Positions 45,746 through 61,300 of a stretch of 64,000 nt of DNA are shown here, piece after piece. Where the stretch lies: the NCBI GenBank assembly GCA_964016885.1, contig OZ024742.1, positions 218,178,001-218,242,000 of the forward strand, read 5' to 3'. The position numbers were made by a program, and so were the translations under genes. The notes under the pieces are model-generated. The model saw nothing but the letters and a program-made list of their open reading frames with translations. It ran no database searches and was not told where the DNA came from. This DNA comes from Eledone cirrhosa (taxonomy: Eukaryota). Each line of letters starts with the position of its first letter. The first letter of the stretch is position 1.

Positions 45746-46537
45746 AAGTAAAAGCGAAGTAGTTTCAGATGTTCAAGTCCTTTAATAATAATGCTGTGAT
45801 ATATATTTCAATGACGACACTGGCCACACTGTTCTGTGTGCGAGTGTCGTGACATCATCAGACAGCTTGTTACATAATAAGGTTGTTTCCGAGGCAATCC
45901 AAATTGAATCGACATGGGAACGGATGAAGTTCGTGCCTTTGGGTTTTTCATCCGTTCCCTTGTGAGTACCAATTCACCCCCACCTGTCTGCGCAAGCGCA
46001 TGTCCGAAGGAAGTTGATCATTAGCACCGCAGATTTCAACGAAATTCGCTGTCAGTGGCCCACCTATGCCTTGCCAAAATTTACTGCTACCCATCGCTAC
46101 TGTGGCAGCCGAAAGCCAGAGGGGATGGGAGGGTGTTAGTTTTTATAGGTCATAATACTACCTTTCACTAAGCGTTGACAGTAAGACTGACCATCAACTC
46201 ATAAGGTAAAATAAACTTAATTCTAGGTACTATGGTTTTACATAGTAAGTTAAGAGTGAGAGTTGGGAATAAAAATTAAAATTAAAGGTTAAAATCCTAA
46301 ATCAAATATCAGAGATTATAAATTAAACAATAAAGAATTCAAAAATTCTAAATTCAAAAATTTTTTTTCAATCTCAAAGAGTTTCCAAGGATGGTTAAAG
46401 AAAATTGGTCCCGCCCCACTTTTTGGAACACTTCAAAGGGCATGCTTGCTGGAAACAGCAAGAACCCTCCGATACGTCCTGAATATCTGAGGCTGCAGGT
46501 AGTGGCTTGATATTCATTTCAACAAACTTTCCAGTTA

Positions 46538-46567
46538 AATAACATCAATGACTGAGACTCAAAGAAC

Positions 46568-46608
<41 letters not shown>

Positions 46609-46676
46609 TTTCATTTATTAGCCACCAGGGCCGACATGTAGGGGACAATGTTGGCCCTGGTGGCTAATAAATGAAA

Positions 46677-46708
<32 letters not shown>

Positions 46709-46878
46709 TATGATCTGAGTTCAAATCCCGCCGAGGTTAACTTTGCCTTTCATCCTTACGGGGTCGATAAAATAAAGTACCAGTAATACACTGGGCAATT
46801 GCTGGCCTTGTGCCTAACGTAGAAACAATTATTATTATTATTATTATTGTTCTTTGAGTCTCAGTCATTGATGTTATT
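46538..46878. repeat. ~100-bp-arm palindrome interrupted by an S1 SINE
   Basis: Arms 46538-46637 and 46648-46878, 10-nt loop; SINE at 46711-46830 inside the (ATT)n of the right arm. Confidence 0.85.
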
Positions 46879-48304
46879 AATAATAAATATGTTTATTTAC
46901 ACATTTCTTTTTCATTTAAGCTAAAAGAAGAAACGAACATCATTTTTCAATGCCTTGACTCTCTTCTGTATCCCAAACGTATCGATCTATTATATTCAAT
47001 ACGTCTTCCTTTTAAGCAGTTTTTGCCAACAGCTGCCACTCCTGTTTCTTGATAGACTAATTTATGAATGCCATAAGGGAGCCTTTCTTTATTTCTCTGT
47101 CTTCTCTATCGATTCCAGCTTGTTATTTTTATACAAGACTGTTGCATGCAGTTCATCTTTGATTCTGACATTGTACAAACTGTTGATCAATAGATCGCTT
47201 TATAGCCAGAACAAGAGTGGCGGGTTGGTAGAGTCGTTAGAGCGCTAAACAAATGCTTTGCAGTATTTGTTCTGAGGTCAACTTTGCTTTCCATCCTTCC
47301 GGAGTTGCGAGTACTGGGGTCGATGTAATCAACTTATCCCCGCCTCTCCCAAAATGGCTACCCTGGTGTTAAAATTAGCAATTATTAGAGCAGGGACAGA
47401 ACTAAGTCAAGACATCGGATGGGACGCTAGTTTATCAAGTGTAGGTGAAGAGAAGGATTTATTTCCTGTTATTGATGCTATTATTTTGTTCCAGTTCAAA
47501 TCTGATTGAACAGACCTCTGATCTGGTGTTGCTTGATTAGTCTAAAAGTAGCGGCTTGTGCTATTTTTAGAGCTGTATGCTATTATATTTTTTTTAATTT
47601 GGGCTAATTTCTACTTTAGAGTTGTAGATTTTAAAGGTAAGAATACTATCCAATAGCCTGTTAAATTATCTCTTTAAGAATAGGCAGCGAATTAGCAGTC
47701 ATTAGAATGTCGAATAGTTATGATATTCATTCCAACTATCTTAGTTCAAAATCCCGCTACGGTCAACTCCCCTTTCATCTTTTCGAGGTCTATAAAACAG
47801 TATTAGTCCAGTACTGGAGTAGTTTCTTTCCCTTATATCTCTTTCTCACTTCGACTCTCTCACTCTTTTTCTCTTCTTCTCTGGAAGAAATCGGCTGTGT
47901 TTCGACCTGGAGAAGGATTAGGCCCAACGAGATTTAAAGTGCCCAAGTCATTTAAAGAGTCTAATGTCACGAAGACGCCCCTTCGACGTCATCAAACGTT
48001 AAGAAGACAGACATAATACATTTTTTTAAAGAGTTACCGTATTATCCTCCAATCTCTTTATTTGTATTCATAATTTTTGATTTTTTAAAATTATTTATTT
48101 TCATTTTAATTTACTTATTTTGTAGACATTACATTCATTTATTTAATCAGTTATGTATTTTGATTACATTTGTACACGATAGATTTTTTTCAATTAATTT
48201 ATTGATTTGCTATGTTCTTTATGCTTTTATGTTGTTAGTTTTTCTCTATTTTGATTCCTTATTTCAATACCATATTAGTATAAATTCTAATTAATTTCGT
48301 TTTA

Positions 48305-48360
<56 letters not shown>

Positions 48361-48399
48361 ATAAATATGAATATATATAAATATATATATATATATATA

Positions 48400-48497
48400 C
48401 AGGGTTTCCCCCAAAATATATACACACTTTGATTACCTGTACAAGCAATATTTATTAGAATGTTGTTGAAGTGTGTATACATTTTTGGGAAACCCTG
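48400..48497. mobile_element. Tc1/mariner-type MITE
   Basis: Imperfect ~30-bp TIRs CAGGGTTTCCCCCAAAATATATACACACTT / AAGTGTGTATACATTTTTGGGAAACCCTG, flanked by TA. Confidence 0.8.
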
Positions 48498-48505
48498 TAT
48501 ACACA

Positions 48506-48620
<115 letters not shown>

Positions 48621-48833
48621 TTCAAAAATTGCCATAAATGTTTTTTTTATCTGCAACAACGATCTTTTACCGATGACTGCTTCAATGAAGATATGTTGAG
48701 ACAGTTAAGCTAGTAGTATATTCTGCAGCACCGAAACAATCATATGTTACAGCACAATAAAGAGATGTAACATATATATTCGGTATTGCTTTCATGCCTC
48801 CAATCATTCACAACACAAATCACGCATTGAACT

Positions 48834-49210
<377 letters not shown>

Positions 49211-49445
49211 AAGTGAGGGACTAATTTTATAATATGTATTCCATGTGCAACCATATATATATATGAAAAACATGGGGAGAAGAATACTGCATGGTTGCAC
49301 ATGGAATACATATTATAAAATTAGTCCCACATCAGTGATTTGCCAACGATCATTGGTATTTCATCGCATTTATATATATATATATTTGTTGAGTGAGTTG
49401 GAATTTGGCCGGAATATCACTAAAAAGCTTTCTCCGATATTGTAT

Positions 49446-49490
<45 letters not shown>

Positions 49491-49494
<4 letters not shown>

Positions 49495-49695
49495 AACGAG
49501 TAGGACCCCTACGGCTGAGCTCAAGCCGTTTCGACGGCTAATTCTGGACTAAAATTAGTCGTCCAGAATTAGCCGTCGAAACGGCTTGAGCTCAGCCGTC
49601 GGGTCCTACTCGTTCCTATTACCCACTCTACTACCCTAAGTATTGAGTACTTTGGTACGTTATGGTCCACCTGGTTCCTTACCACATTTCCTTCG

Positions 49696-49697
<2 letters not shown>
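49491..49697. mobile_element. Fold-back family A fragment
   Basis: 49491-49550(-) and 49561-49697(+) inverted arms, in (TA)n. Confidence 0.85.
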
Positions 49698-49758
<61 letters not shown>

Positions 49759-51272
49759 AGTACAGCATAAACGAAGCTTTAGATTGCGGCCAAGCTAACG
49801 AATGCAAATTCGGTATGTAGCTTTAGCACTCGGATGGGTACCCCAGAGTAATAACAATACGTTTAGACAGCTTAGCAAATCAAATATAGCGATCAGCAGT
49901 CCAGCCGCATTACCACAGCAACGAAAATACAGGACTCAGGAAAAGATTTTATATATATATAGGTATGTGTGTGCATGTATGTATATGTATGATAATAATT
50001 GTTTCTATGTTTGGCACAAGGCCAGTAATTTTTGGGCGAGGGGAAAGTCGATTAAATCGACCCCAGTGCATTACTGGTATTTTATTTTATCGAACCTTGT
50101 AAGGACGAAAACCAAAACTAACCCTGACGGGATTTGAACCCAGGACGTAAAGGGCCATAACTATATGCCGCAAATCGTGGTGTGGTGTCCGATGCTCTAC
50201 CGATGCTGCCAATAATAATAATATCAAGAAGAAGAAGAATAAGAAGAAGGAGAAGAAGAAGAAGAAAGCGAGAGAATAAATCCGGAGGAAATAGTAAAAA
50301 AAGGGGGGAAAAAAGACAGAAATCTATGACAGAAATAAACGGTAAAGGATAAGAGGATTGAACACGGGGGTGGGGATGGGGGCGTTGAAATAAAGATGAA
50401 AGCAAATAATCCTCATATGTAGATACAGTAAAACAAATTAGGTAGATGGCGATGGGCGAACTGAGGGTAATTTGGAAAGCAATAATTGAGAAGAAAGAGT
50501 GTTAAATGATGAAAGCTGGAGAGAGAAAAAAAATGTAAAACGTCACGGTGTCGTGAAGAAGAACATGAAAGACAGGGAATAATCAATAGATAATTTTATC
50601 GATCTCATTTTCTGAACAACCATCTACGACTGTCTGTTGAACAACACACAATTGTTCAGTAAGTGTTCTTTTGTTTTGTTTTATTTCATTACTATCATTA
50701 TTATTATTACTTATTTTCCTTTTATACTCCTTATCACTCCCATGTGCCACCATACTCATCTCTTAATCATCTATACTTTACACCCACCCGTAGCGGTTAC
50801 TGACCACTATTTTCCGCCCTTCGGCGTATTTTTACCCGACTTCCGTGCTGTTATTATTAAAGGCATTCGGCTGTTTTAACAACTATTTCTCGCGTTTGAA
50901 TTTCCCTTTTTTCTATGAACTTCCCATTACTTCACAGATTCGTTTCGATAATTTTCGATACACCCAATGTTTTTTTTTACAGAGAGAGAGAGAGAGAGAG
51001 AGTCACACACACACACACACATATACATATATATATGTGTGTGTGTGTGTGTGTCCATTGCCAAGAGTTTCCGAAGGAATTGATCAAGGTAAAAAAGCTC
51101 ACTATATAATATACAGAGCCAAAATATATATAAGATCTCAACACAAATACATGCTACCTAAGGTTTCAAATTTCAACCAGCATAGGACATAGACATTCTC
51201 TTCTGGTAATCTGTACGGTTTCGGCCATTTCCTGACTCACTCAGTGATATAGTTAGGTTTGTATTATTAGAA

Positions 51273-51342
<70 letters not shown>

Positions 51343-51689
51343 TGTTATACTTTGAGAGGGTCATGCTGCCAATGAAAACACACGCACCTGTTGGTTTTCA
51401 CTTTAATTTATTACAAATTTCCAGTTGTTTGGTTCAATAATCGGATGGTTGTTTATTTGTTTATTATCAACGCTTTTTCATCGCACATTTTGTGGCCTCC
51501 TCGGTGACTATTTGTCATTCTGTGTCTTCCTTTTGTTCTATCCTACATCATCTTGTTTTTGTGTGCTGTGTGCAGAACACATGGGAGACACAAAATAACA
51601 AATTAGTCATTGAGGGCATCACAGAATATGTGACAAAAGAACTTTGACTATAAACAAAGATGTCGCGAACAAGTCTGGCATGTTTGTGT

Positions 51690-52140
51690 ATAGCTCGTAG
51701 GATAGACAATCTAAACCAGGCGATTTGCCCCACGTGCAACTAGCCATTGCGTCCTATATTTCATTGGCTGTTATCAGCTTTTCGAAACACCCCGCTTACC
51801 TCGCCGAGAGTCGCGGCAGGTCATCTAAGTAGGCTTTGAAGTCCATCCCTCGATCCGACCCCCCACCACTCCCGAATATTTGAACGAAGTGTCGCTGAAA
51901 AACCGCACACATCTGCTTAGGATCACGTACCATGCGCCTGTCATGGTCCGCCAAAGACCGGATTGTGTCTTTGTTACCACACCTCGCTTCTGCCACCCGG
52001 GCCAATCGAACGGGTCTCGTTCCCTCGTGTCTAAGAGTACGTGTCCTAGTTCTGACAACGTAACCTTCGTGTCTAGCGTTGAAAACATGATCCAGGGTCA
52101 TTCTCACTCAAGCACGTCGGCTGTGATTCCTTTATTAAGT
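51690..52140 (-). mobile_element. L1/Tx1 ORF2 internal fragment (upstream of RT)
   Basis: ..VVRTR..E...TIRSL...FQRHFVQIF..YLDDLPRLS..ITANEI..AM...GKSPGLD..YELY. Confidence 0.7.
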
Positions 52141-52799
52141 GTCTCTTCTAGTGTTCTAACTAGAAAAGAGAATGATACAGCACATCTAAATAAATCTAAG
52201 TAAATAAAGTAATACAAAGTAAGTGTTGTCAATATTTTAAGATTTTAAACTTCTAAGATTTAATAAATATATTAAATATAAAAGAATAAAGGAATGAAAG
52301 AATACATATATATATATTAGTGAAATAAAATATACAAAGTGCGAGTGTAAAGAATATACAGCCTTGTCACGCGTTGTGTCACATTGAATTTCCCTGAGTA
52401 CTACGTCAAGGTTACATATATCTGTGGAATGTCCAGCCACTTGCACGTTCATTTCACGAGCAGGCCGCCCTGTTGACAAAACGACTGGGAAACTTGTCAT
52501 TGGAAAATGGGTGTGGAGGTCTGGTATATTTACGGCAAACTAACAGTCAGGAAATCACGGTAATATATAATACAAATTATACAGAGCGAAATAACAGAGA
52601 TTAAAATTAAATAAACTAGTGAATAAGAAAGGTAGATGGGATCATATTAAGAATGAATAAAAGGAAAAGTAATGTAAAACTAGAAAAGGTAAAATAGACA
52701 GAGGTTAAGTAGCATGTGGGAAGGCTAGGAGATAGCGGTTGGGGTGTGTCCAATACATACGGGGTAGATTACACCTCATATATATATATATATATATAT

Positions 52800-54060
52800 A
52801 AAAAAGATGAATATAAAATGAAAGTGCTTTTTTTAAAAAAAGGAATTTATTAGGTATTGACATATGTTTCTGTAACAGACGGAATACCTATGTATCGCTG
52901 CTTGCGTAATCATATAATGTTAGCAAGTATTCGATAGCAAATGTATAATTAGTTGTCACTTCTTCAGAGATTTTGGATAAATTGGAAAAAATCAGAAAAA
53001 TTGAAGTATTTATATTAGTTGTAATAGAGGAAGAAGAGAGGGGATAGTATATGACAGATGGTAATTCAATTTACTGCTAAACAAGTATATAAAGGGTTTC
53101 TAATGAGAATACAATGAGTAAATGGTTTATTTTATCTAAATAAGAATTTTTGGGAGTGCCTATTTTAATCTATACTTGACCAATTGAACAATGGACAGGG
53201 CTGGTCATTTGGTGTAGTAGTATTAATTATAAAGTGTCAATTAAGGAAGGGGGAGATTTCGACTGCTACTGAATAACATCAATGCTAGTAGCCAGCTGGT
53301 ATATGCATTAGGGAATTGAATTAAGAAATCTCATTTTATCTATAGCAGTTTATATTAAATGGTAAATAATAGAAGAGTTGATAGAATTAAGACTAATAGA
53401 GAATGTTAATATGTATTTTGACAATCAAACGGAGATGGAGACAGGCGTTCAATCCTGGTAGTATTTGTAATATGAAAATGTAGATTTTAAGCGATGGTTA
53501 CAGTATAACGATCGCTCTATTCTGTTATTTAATAAAACGTTTTTGGATTTCATAATACAAAATAATTCCATATTACATAATTTACAAAATTCCTGTCCGT
53601 GGGATTATAGAGGGGCAGCCGCTATTATATCCCATTTTAGGTTAAATTGTTGGTTATTTTCACGCAGCTGCCAAGCCTTGTCTGCGAGTGTTGTTACATA
53701 ACGCTGGTTTTCATGTTTTATCGAGTAACGATGTCTATAAATGCGTGATTTGAAGGAGGTGGCTGTAGATCCCACATAGTACCACTTCTGTCTATCCGAT
53801 TCGATAGTACATTTGTATATTATGTTGCGTTCAAGACACTGATTGTTCAACGGACACATTCCTGGTTGGACACAGTTACAGTTATAATTTTGCGTTGTTG
53901 TATTGGCATGGATGGGTTGATGAGGTTGCTTAGGTAGGACGGGATGTTTGTTGTTTTGTGATGTTATAGCTAATGTTTTACGTGTATTGTTATGTGTTGG
54001 AAGGCGTTTATACAACCGTTTTGCGTTAAGCTTTTTTATATGTTGTTCAATATTAGGATA
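52800..54060 (-). mobile_element. Third, divergent Penelope-like (Naiad-type) 3' fragment with GIY-YIG endonuclease
   Basis: NCNCVQPGMCPLNNQCLERNIIYKC..YYVGST..FKSRIYRH, then CKLC..LLN..CNHR after a frameshift. A degraded CTGAAGA..GAA HHR-like motif lies at ~52895-52972(-). Confidence 0.85.
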
Positions 54061-54074
54061 TGTGTGTGTGTGTG

Positions 54075-54107
<33 letters not shown>

Positions 54108-55403
54108 GATAGTAGGATAAACAGAAGAAAAGGATGCGTGTCTTCTGAAGAGGAATCCAACAGTATTCGAAACTAGGCCAGCCCGAACTCTGCATACTAG
54201 AATTTCTTCCAAAGAATGTCTAAGACTTACAACTTATATCGGAATAAATTCTGCCACGCAGAGTTTGATCGTTATGGTGCTGTTGGACTATTTGTTTTGT
54301 GAGGTAAGAATGGACACAAAATGAATGCTATTAAGAAGGAATTTATCAACTTATTTAAAGGGTTAGATTTAAAAATCACAGTAAATGCAAATGACCCAGT
54401 GGATCAGTTGGATACGGTTGCTTCTGAAAGGACCCGATGAAGGGAGTGTTTGAGAACTCTGCCCCCACGACTCTCTCATGAATAAGTTGGCGAAGAAGAA
54501 GAAGAAGAAGAAGAAGAAGAAGAAGAAGAAGAAGAAGAAGAAGAAGAAGAAGAAGAAGAAGAAGAAGAAGAGCAAATGCAAATCCAAGTATAGCTATACC
54601 TCTCTCTAGATCTACTTTCTGCTAAATGTTGCTCTTATAGTAACCCTAACGAGTCATTGCAGTATATTAATACAAACCTCAAATATTCCCTATTAGTCAT
54701 TAGAAACTTGACGTGGAATCCTTTAACCGTGCTGATCATTTTGACAAAGAACGACTAGGACCGTGCTTTTGCGGTATGTTTTCGGGCTTTTTCCATTCTT
54801 AGTTCAAATGCCACCGAGATCAACTTTGCCTTTCACCCTTCAGTCAAGTACTGGAGTCAATGTAATTAAATTTCCTACAAATGATTGGCCTTGTGCCGAG
54901 ATTAGAAATCATCGGCGGGATCTGAGTTCAAATCCCGCCGAGGTTAACTTTGCCTTTCATCTATCCGGGGTCGATAGAATAAAATACCAGTAATGCATTG
55001 GTTAATTGCTGGCCTTGTGCCAAAAGTAGAAACAATTATTACTTTATCGAACTAAGGCTTCTTTTGCAAACATTATGTAAAGTTTACTTAAAATCACTTT
55101 AAAAAGATTTTTGCGACATGTATATACATTCGGACATTCAGAACGAGGCTTCATCACACTCACTATTCATATATATCTGGACTCGAAAGGATGGTAATAT
55201 TAAGAATTATGAAATTTATTGCTCAATTTTAGAACCTACACACTTTATATTAATGGCCTCTCATGGTATTTCGTTTGTCGCTTAGAGAAGCATGACATCC
55301 TATTACAGCATTTTGCAGTTTAGAACAATGGATCTGAATTGATAAATTTTGCAGACAATTCCATCGATATTTATTGAGATACTTCTAAATACGAGATGGT
55401 TGA

Positions 55404-58304
55404 AGTAGCAACACCACAAACACTACCACCTCCACCATTACCACTACCACTAACACTACCACTACCATCTCCACCTACACCACAAACACTACCACCTCCA
55501 CCTACACCACTACCACTACCACTACCATCTCCACCTACACCACAAACACTACCACCTACACCTACACCACTACCACTACCAATACCATCTCCACCTACAC
55601 CACAAACACTACCAACTCCACCTACACCACTACCATTACCACTACCATCTCCACCTACACCACAAACACTACCGCTTCTACCAACAGAACAACCATGACC
55701 ATCTCCACCAACACTACAACCACTACCACTTCCACCAAAACCACTACCACTACAACTTCCACCAACACCACAGCCACTACCACCTCCACCAACACCACAG
55801 CCACTACCACCTCCACCAACACCACTACCACTACCACCTCCACCAACACTACAACCACTACCACCTCCACCAACACCACAACCACTACCACCTCCACCAA
55901 CACCACTACCACTACCACCTCCACCAACACCACTACCACTACCACTTCCACCAAAACCACTACCACTACAACTTCCACCAACACCACAGCCACTACCACC
56001 TCCACCAACACCACAGCCACTACCACCTCCACCAACACCACGACCACAGCCACTACCACCTCCACCAACACCACGACCACTACCACCAACACCACTACCA
56101 CTATCACTTCCACCAACACCACTACCACCTCCACCAGCACCACTACCGCTACCACCTCCACAAACACCACAGCCACTACCACCTCCACCAACACCACTAC
56201 CACTACCACTTCCACCAACACCACTACCGCTACCACCTCCACCAACACCGCAGCCACTACCACCTCCACCAACACCACGACCACTACCACCTCCACCAAC
56301 ATCACTAACACTACCACTTCCACCAACACCACTACCGCTACCACCTCCACCAACACCACTACCGCTACCACCTCCACCAACACCACTACCACTACCAGCT
56401 CCACCAACATCACTAACACTACCACCTCCACCAACACCACTACCGCTACCACCTCCACCAACACCACTACCGCTACCACCTCCACCAACACCACTACCAC
56501 TACCACTTCCACCAACACCACTACCACTTCCACCAACACCACTACCGCTACCACCTCCACCAACACCAGAGTAACTACCACCTCCACCAACAGCACTAGC
56601 ACTACCACCTCCACCAACACCACTACCACTACCACCTGCACCAACACCACTACCACTACCACTTCCACCAACACCACTACCGCTACCACCTCCACCAACA
56701 CCATAGCCACTACCACCTCCACCAACACCACTACTACTACCACCTCCACCAACACCACTACCGCTACCACCTCCACCAACACCACTACCACTTCCACCAA
56801 CACCACTACCGCTACCACCTCCACAAACACCACAACCACTACCACCTCCACCTACACCACAGCCACTAGCACTTCCACCAACACCACAAACACTACCACC
56901 TCCACCTACACCACAACCACTACTATCTCCACCTACACCACTACCGCTACCACCTCCACCAACACCACAGCCACTACCACCTCCACCAACACCACTACTA
57001 CTACCACCTCCACCAACACCACTACCGCTACCACCTCCACCAACACCACTACCACTACCACTTCCACCAACACCACTACCGCTACCACCTCCACCAACAC
57101 CACAGCCACTACCACTTCCACCTACAACACTACCACTACCACTACCACCAACACCACTATCACTACCACTTCCACCAACACCACAGCCACTACCCCCTCC
57201 ACCTACACCACAGCCACTACCACTTCCAACCCTACAACCACTACCACTTCCAAAACAACAACCACTACCACTTCCAACACTACAACCACTACCACTTCCA
57301 ACACTTCAACCACTACCACTTCCAACACTACAACCACTACCACTTCCAACACTACAACCACTACCACCTCCAACACTTCAACCACTACCACTTCCAACAC
57401 TTCAACCACTACCACTTCCAACACTACAACCACTACGACTTCCAACACTACAACCACTACCACCTCCAACACAACAACCACTACCACTTCCAACACTACA
57501 ACCACTACCACTTCCAACACTTCAACCACTACCACTTCCAACACTACCACCACTACCACCACCAACACTACCACCACTACCACTTCCAACACTACAACCA
57601 CTACTACTTCCAACACTACAACCACTACCACCTCCAACACTTCAACCACTACCACTTCCAACACTACAACCACTACCACTTCCAACACTACAACCACTAC
57701 CACCTCCAACACTTCAACCACTACCACTTCCAACACTTCAACCACTACCACTTCCAACACTACAACCACTACGACTTCCAACACTACAACCACTACCACC
57801 TCCAACACTACAACCACTACCACTTCCAACACTACAACCACTACCACTTCCAACACTTCAACCACTACCACTTCCAACACTACCACCACTACCACCACCA
57901 ACACTTCAACCACTACCACTTCCAACACTTCAACCACTACCACTTCCAACACTACAACCATTACGACTTCCAACACTACAACCACTACCACCTCCAACAC
58001 TACAACCACTACCACTTCCAACACTACAACCACTACCACTTCCAACACTTCAACCACTACCACTTCCAAAACTACAACCACTACCACTTCCAACACTACA
58101 TACAACCACTACCACCTCCAACACTTCAACCACTACCACCTCCACCAACACCACTGCCACTACCACTTCCAACAACACCACTACCACTACCACTTCCACC
58201 AACACCACTACCACTACCACCTACACTACAGCCACTACCACCTCCACCAACACCACAAACACTACCTCCTCCACCAACACCACTACCACTACCACCTCCA
58301 CTAA
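55404..58304 (+). CDS. Possible Thr-rich mucin-like exon (STNTTTTTT / SNTTTTTT repeats); coding status unproven
   Basis: Thr frame is open from 55404; frequent variants look synonymous (ACT/ACC/ACG). Against: no clear splice acceptor or signal peptide, and 4-bp insertions shift the frame from ~58100. Confidence 0.3.
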   Translation, partial: SSNTTNTTTSTITTTTNTTTTISTYTTNTTTSTYTTTTTTTISTYTTNTTTYTYTTTTTNTISTYTTNTTNSTYTTTITTTISTYTTNTTASTNRTTMTISTNTTTTTTSTKTTTTTTSTNTTATTTSTNTTATTTSTNTTTTTTSTNTTTTTTSTNTTTTTTSTNTTTTTTSTNTTTTTTSTKTTTTTTSTNTTATTTSTNTTATTTSTNTTTTATTTSTNTTTTTTNTTTTITSTNTTTTSTSTTTATTSTNTTATTTSTNTTTTTTSTNTTTATTSTNTAATTTSTNTTTTTTSTNITNTTTSTNTTTATTSTNTTTATTSTNTTTTTSSTNITNTTTSTNTTTATTSTNTTTATTSTNTTTTTTSTNTTTTSTNTTTATTSTNTRVTTTSTNSTSTTTSTNTTTTTTCTNTTTTTTSTNTTTATTSTNTIATTTSTNTTTTTTSTNTTTATTSTNTTTTSTNTTTATTSTNTTTTTTSTYTTATSTSTNTTNTTTSTYTTTTTISTYTTTATTSTNTTATTTSTNTTTTTTSTNTTTATTSTNTTTTTTSTNTTTATTSTNTTATTTSTYNTTTTTTTNTTITTTSTNTTATTPSTYTTATTTSNPTTTTTSKTTTTTTSNTTTTTTSNTSTTTTSNTTTTTTSNTTTTTTSNTSTTTTSNTSTTTTSNTTTTTTSNTTTTTTSNTTTTTTSNTTTTTTSNTSTTTTSNTTTTTTTNTTTTTTSNTTTTTTSNTTTTTTSNTSTTTTSNTTTTTTSNTTTTTTSNTSTTTTSNTSTTTTSNTTTTTTSNTTTTTTSNTTTTTTSNTTTTTTSNTSTTTTSNTTTTTTTNTSTTTTSNTSTTTTSNTTTITTSNTTTTTTSNTTTTTTSNTTTTTTSNTSTTTTSKTTTTTTSNTTYNHYHLQHFNHYHLHQHHCHYHFQQHHYHYHFHQHHYHYHLHYSHYHLHQHHKHYLLHQHHYHYHLH

Positions 58305-61300
58305 CACCACAGCCATTACCACCTCCACCAACACCACAGCCACTACTATCTCTACCAACACCACTACCACTATCACCTCCATTAACACCAGAGCTACTAC
58401 CATCTCCACCAACACTACAACCACTACCAGCTCCACCAACACCACAATCACTACCACCTCCACCAACACCACTACCACTAGCCACTTCCACCAACACCAC
58501 AGCCACTACCACCTCCACCTACACCACTACCACTAGCCACTTCCACCAACACCACAGCCACTACCACCTCCACCTACACCACAACCACTACCACTTCCAC
58601 CAACGCCACAACAACTACCATCTCCACCAACACTACAACCACTACCACCTCCACCAACACCACAATCACTACCAGCTCCACCAACACCACTACCACTACC
58701 ACTACCATCTCCACCAACACTACAACCACTACCACCTCCACCAACACCACAACCACTACCATCTCCACCAATACCACAACCACTACCACCTCCACCAACA
58801 CTACAACCACTACCACCACCACCAATACCACTACCACTATCACTAACACCTCCACCAATACCACAACCACTACCACCTCCTGCAACACTACAACTACTAC
58901 CACCCCCACCAACACCACAACCACCTCCACCAACACTACAAAAACTACCACTACCAACACTACAACCACTACCACCTCCAACACTACAACCACTACCACT
59001 TCCAACACTACAACCACTACCACCTCCAACACTACAACTACTACTACTTCCAACACTACAACCACTACCACTTCCAACACTACAACCACTACGACTTCCA
59101 ACACTACATACAACCACTACCACTTCCAACACTACATACAACCACTACCACTTCCAACACTACAACCACTACCACTTCCAACACTACATACAACCACTAC
59201 CACTGCCAACACTACATACAACCACTACCACTTCCAACACTACAACCACTACCACTTCCAACACTACAACCACTACCACTTCCAACACTACAACCACTAC
59301 CACCTCCAACACTACAACCACTACCACTTCCAACACTACAACCACTACCACTTCCAACACTACAACCACTACCACTTCCAACACTACAAACACTACCACA
59401 TACAACACTACAACCACTACTACTTCCAACACTACAACTACTACCACTTCCAACACTACAACCACTACCACTTCCAACACTACAAGCACTACGACTTCCA
59501 ACACTACAACCACTACCACTTCCAACACTACAACCACTACCACTTCCAGCACTACAACCACTACCACCTCCAACACTACAACCACTACCACTTCCAACAC
59601 TACAACCACTACGACTTCCAACACTACAACCACTACCACTTCCAACACTACAACCACTACCACTTCCAACACTACAACCACTACGACTTCCAACACTACA
59701 ACCACTACCACCTCCAACACTACAACCACTACCACTTCCAACACTACAACCACTACGACTTCCAACACTACAACCACTACCACTTCCAACACTACAACCA
59801 CTACCACCTCCAACACTACAACCACTACCACTTCCAACACTACATACAACCATTACCACTTCCAACACTACAACCACTACCACTTCCAACACTACAACCA
59901 CTACCACCTCCAAAACTACCACCACTACCACCTCCAACACTACAACTCCCAATTCCAACACTACAACCACTACCACCACCAACACTACAACCACTACCAC
60001 CACCAACACTACAACCACTACGACTTCTAACACTACAACCACAACCACCACCAACACTACCACCACTACCAACACTACAACCACTACGACTTCCAACACT
60101 ACCACCACTACCACCTCCAACACTACAACACCTACCACTTCCAACACTTCAACCACTACCACCTCCAACACTACAACCACTACCACTTCCAACACTACAA
60201 CCACTACCACTTCCAGCACTACAACCACTACCACCTACAACACTACAACCACTACCACCTACAACACTACCACCACTACCACCACCAACACTACAAACAC
60301 TACCACTTCCAACACTACAACCACTACCACCTCCAACACTACAACCACTACGACTTCCAACACTACAACCACTACCACCTACAACACTACAACCACTACC
60401 ACTTCCAACACTACAACCACTACCACTTACAACACTACAACCACTACCACCTACAACACTACAACCACTACCACTTCCAACACTACAACCACTACCACCT
60501 CCAACACTACAACCACTACCACTTCCAACACTACAACCACTACCACTTCCAACACTACAACCACTACCACTTCCAACACTACAACCACCTCCAACACTAC
60601 AACCACTACCACCTCCAACACTACAACCACTACCACTTCCAACACTACAACCACTAACACCTCCAATACTACAACCACTACCACCTCCAACACTACAACC
60701 ACTACCACCTCCAACACTACAACCACTACCACCTCCAACACTACAACCACTACCACCTCCAACACTACAACCACTACCACCTACAACACTACAACCACTA
60801 CCACTTCCAACACTACCACCACTACCACTTCCAACACTACAACCACTACCACCTCCAACACTACAACCACTACCACCTACAACACTACAACCACTACCAC
60901 TTCCAACACTACAACCACTACCACTTCCAACACTACAACCTCTACCACTTCCAACACTACAACCACTACCACCTACAACACTACAACCACTACCACTTCC
61001 AACACTACCACCACTACCACTTCCAACACTACAACCACTACCACCTCCAACACTACAACCACTACCACTTCCAACACTACAACCACTACCACCTCCAACA
61101 CTACAACCACTACCACCTCCAACACTACAACCACTACCACTTCCAACACTACAACCACTACCACTTCCAACACTACAACCACTACCACTTCCAACACTAC
61201 AACCACTACCACTTCCCACACTACAACCACTACCACCTGCAACACTACAACCACTACCACCTCCAACACTACAACCACTACCACTTCCAACACTACAACC

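Noticed and set aside
54125-54400. Host exon or N-terminal extension of ORF 53605-54195
   Set aside because: The ORF start crosses microsatellites; SFEYCWIPLQK looks like an unrelated decayed LINE RT fragment, too weak to call.
55396-55698. Proline-rich extensin-like ORF
   Set aside because: An alternative frame of the 60-bp units at the start of the minisatellite.
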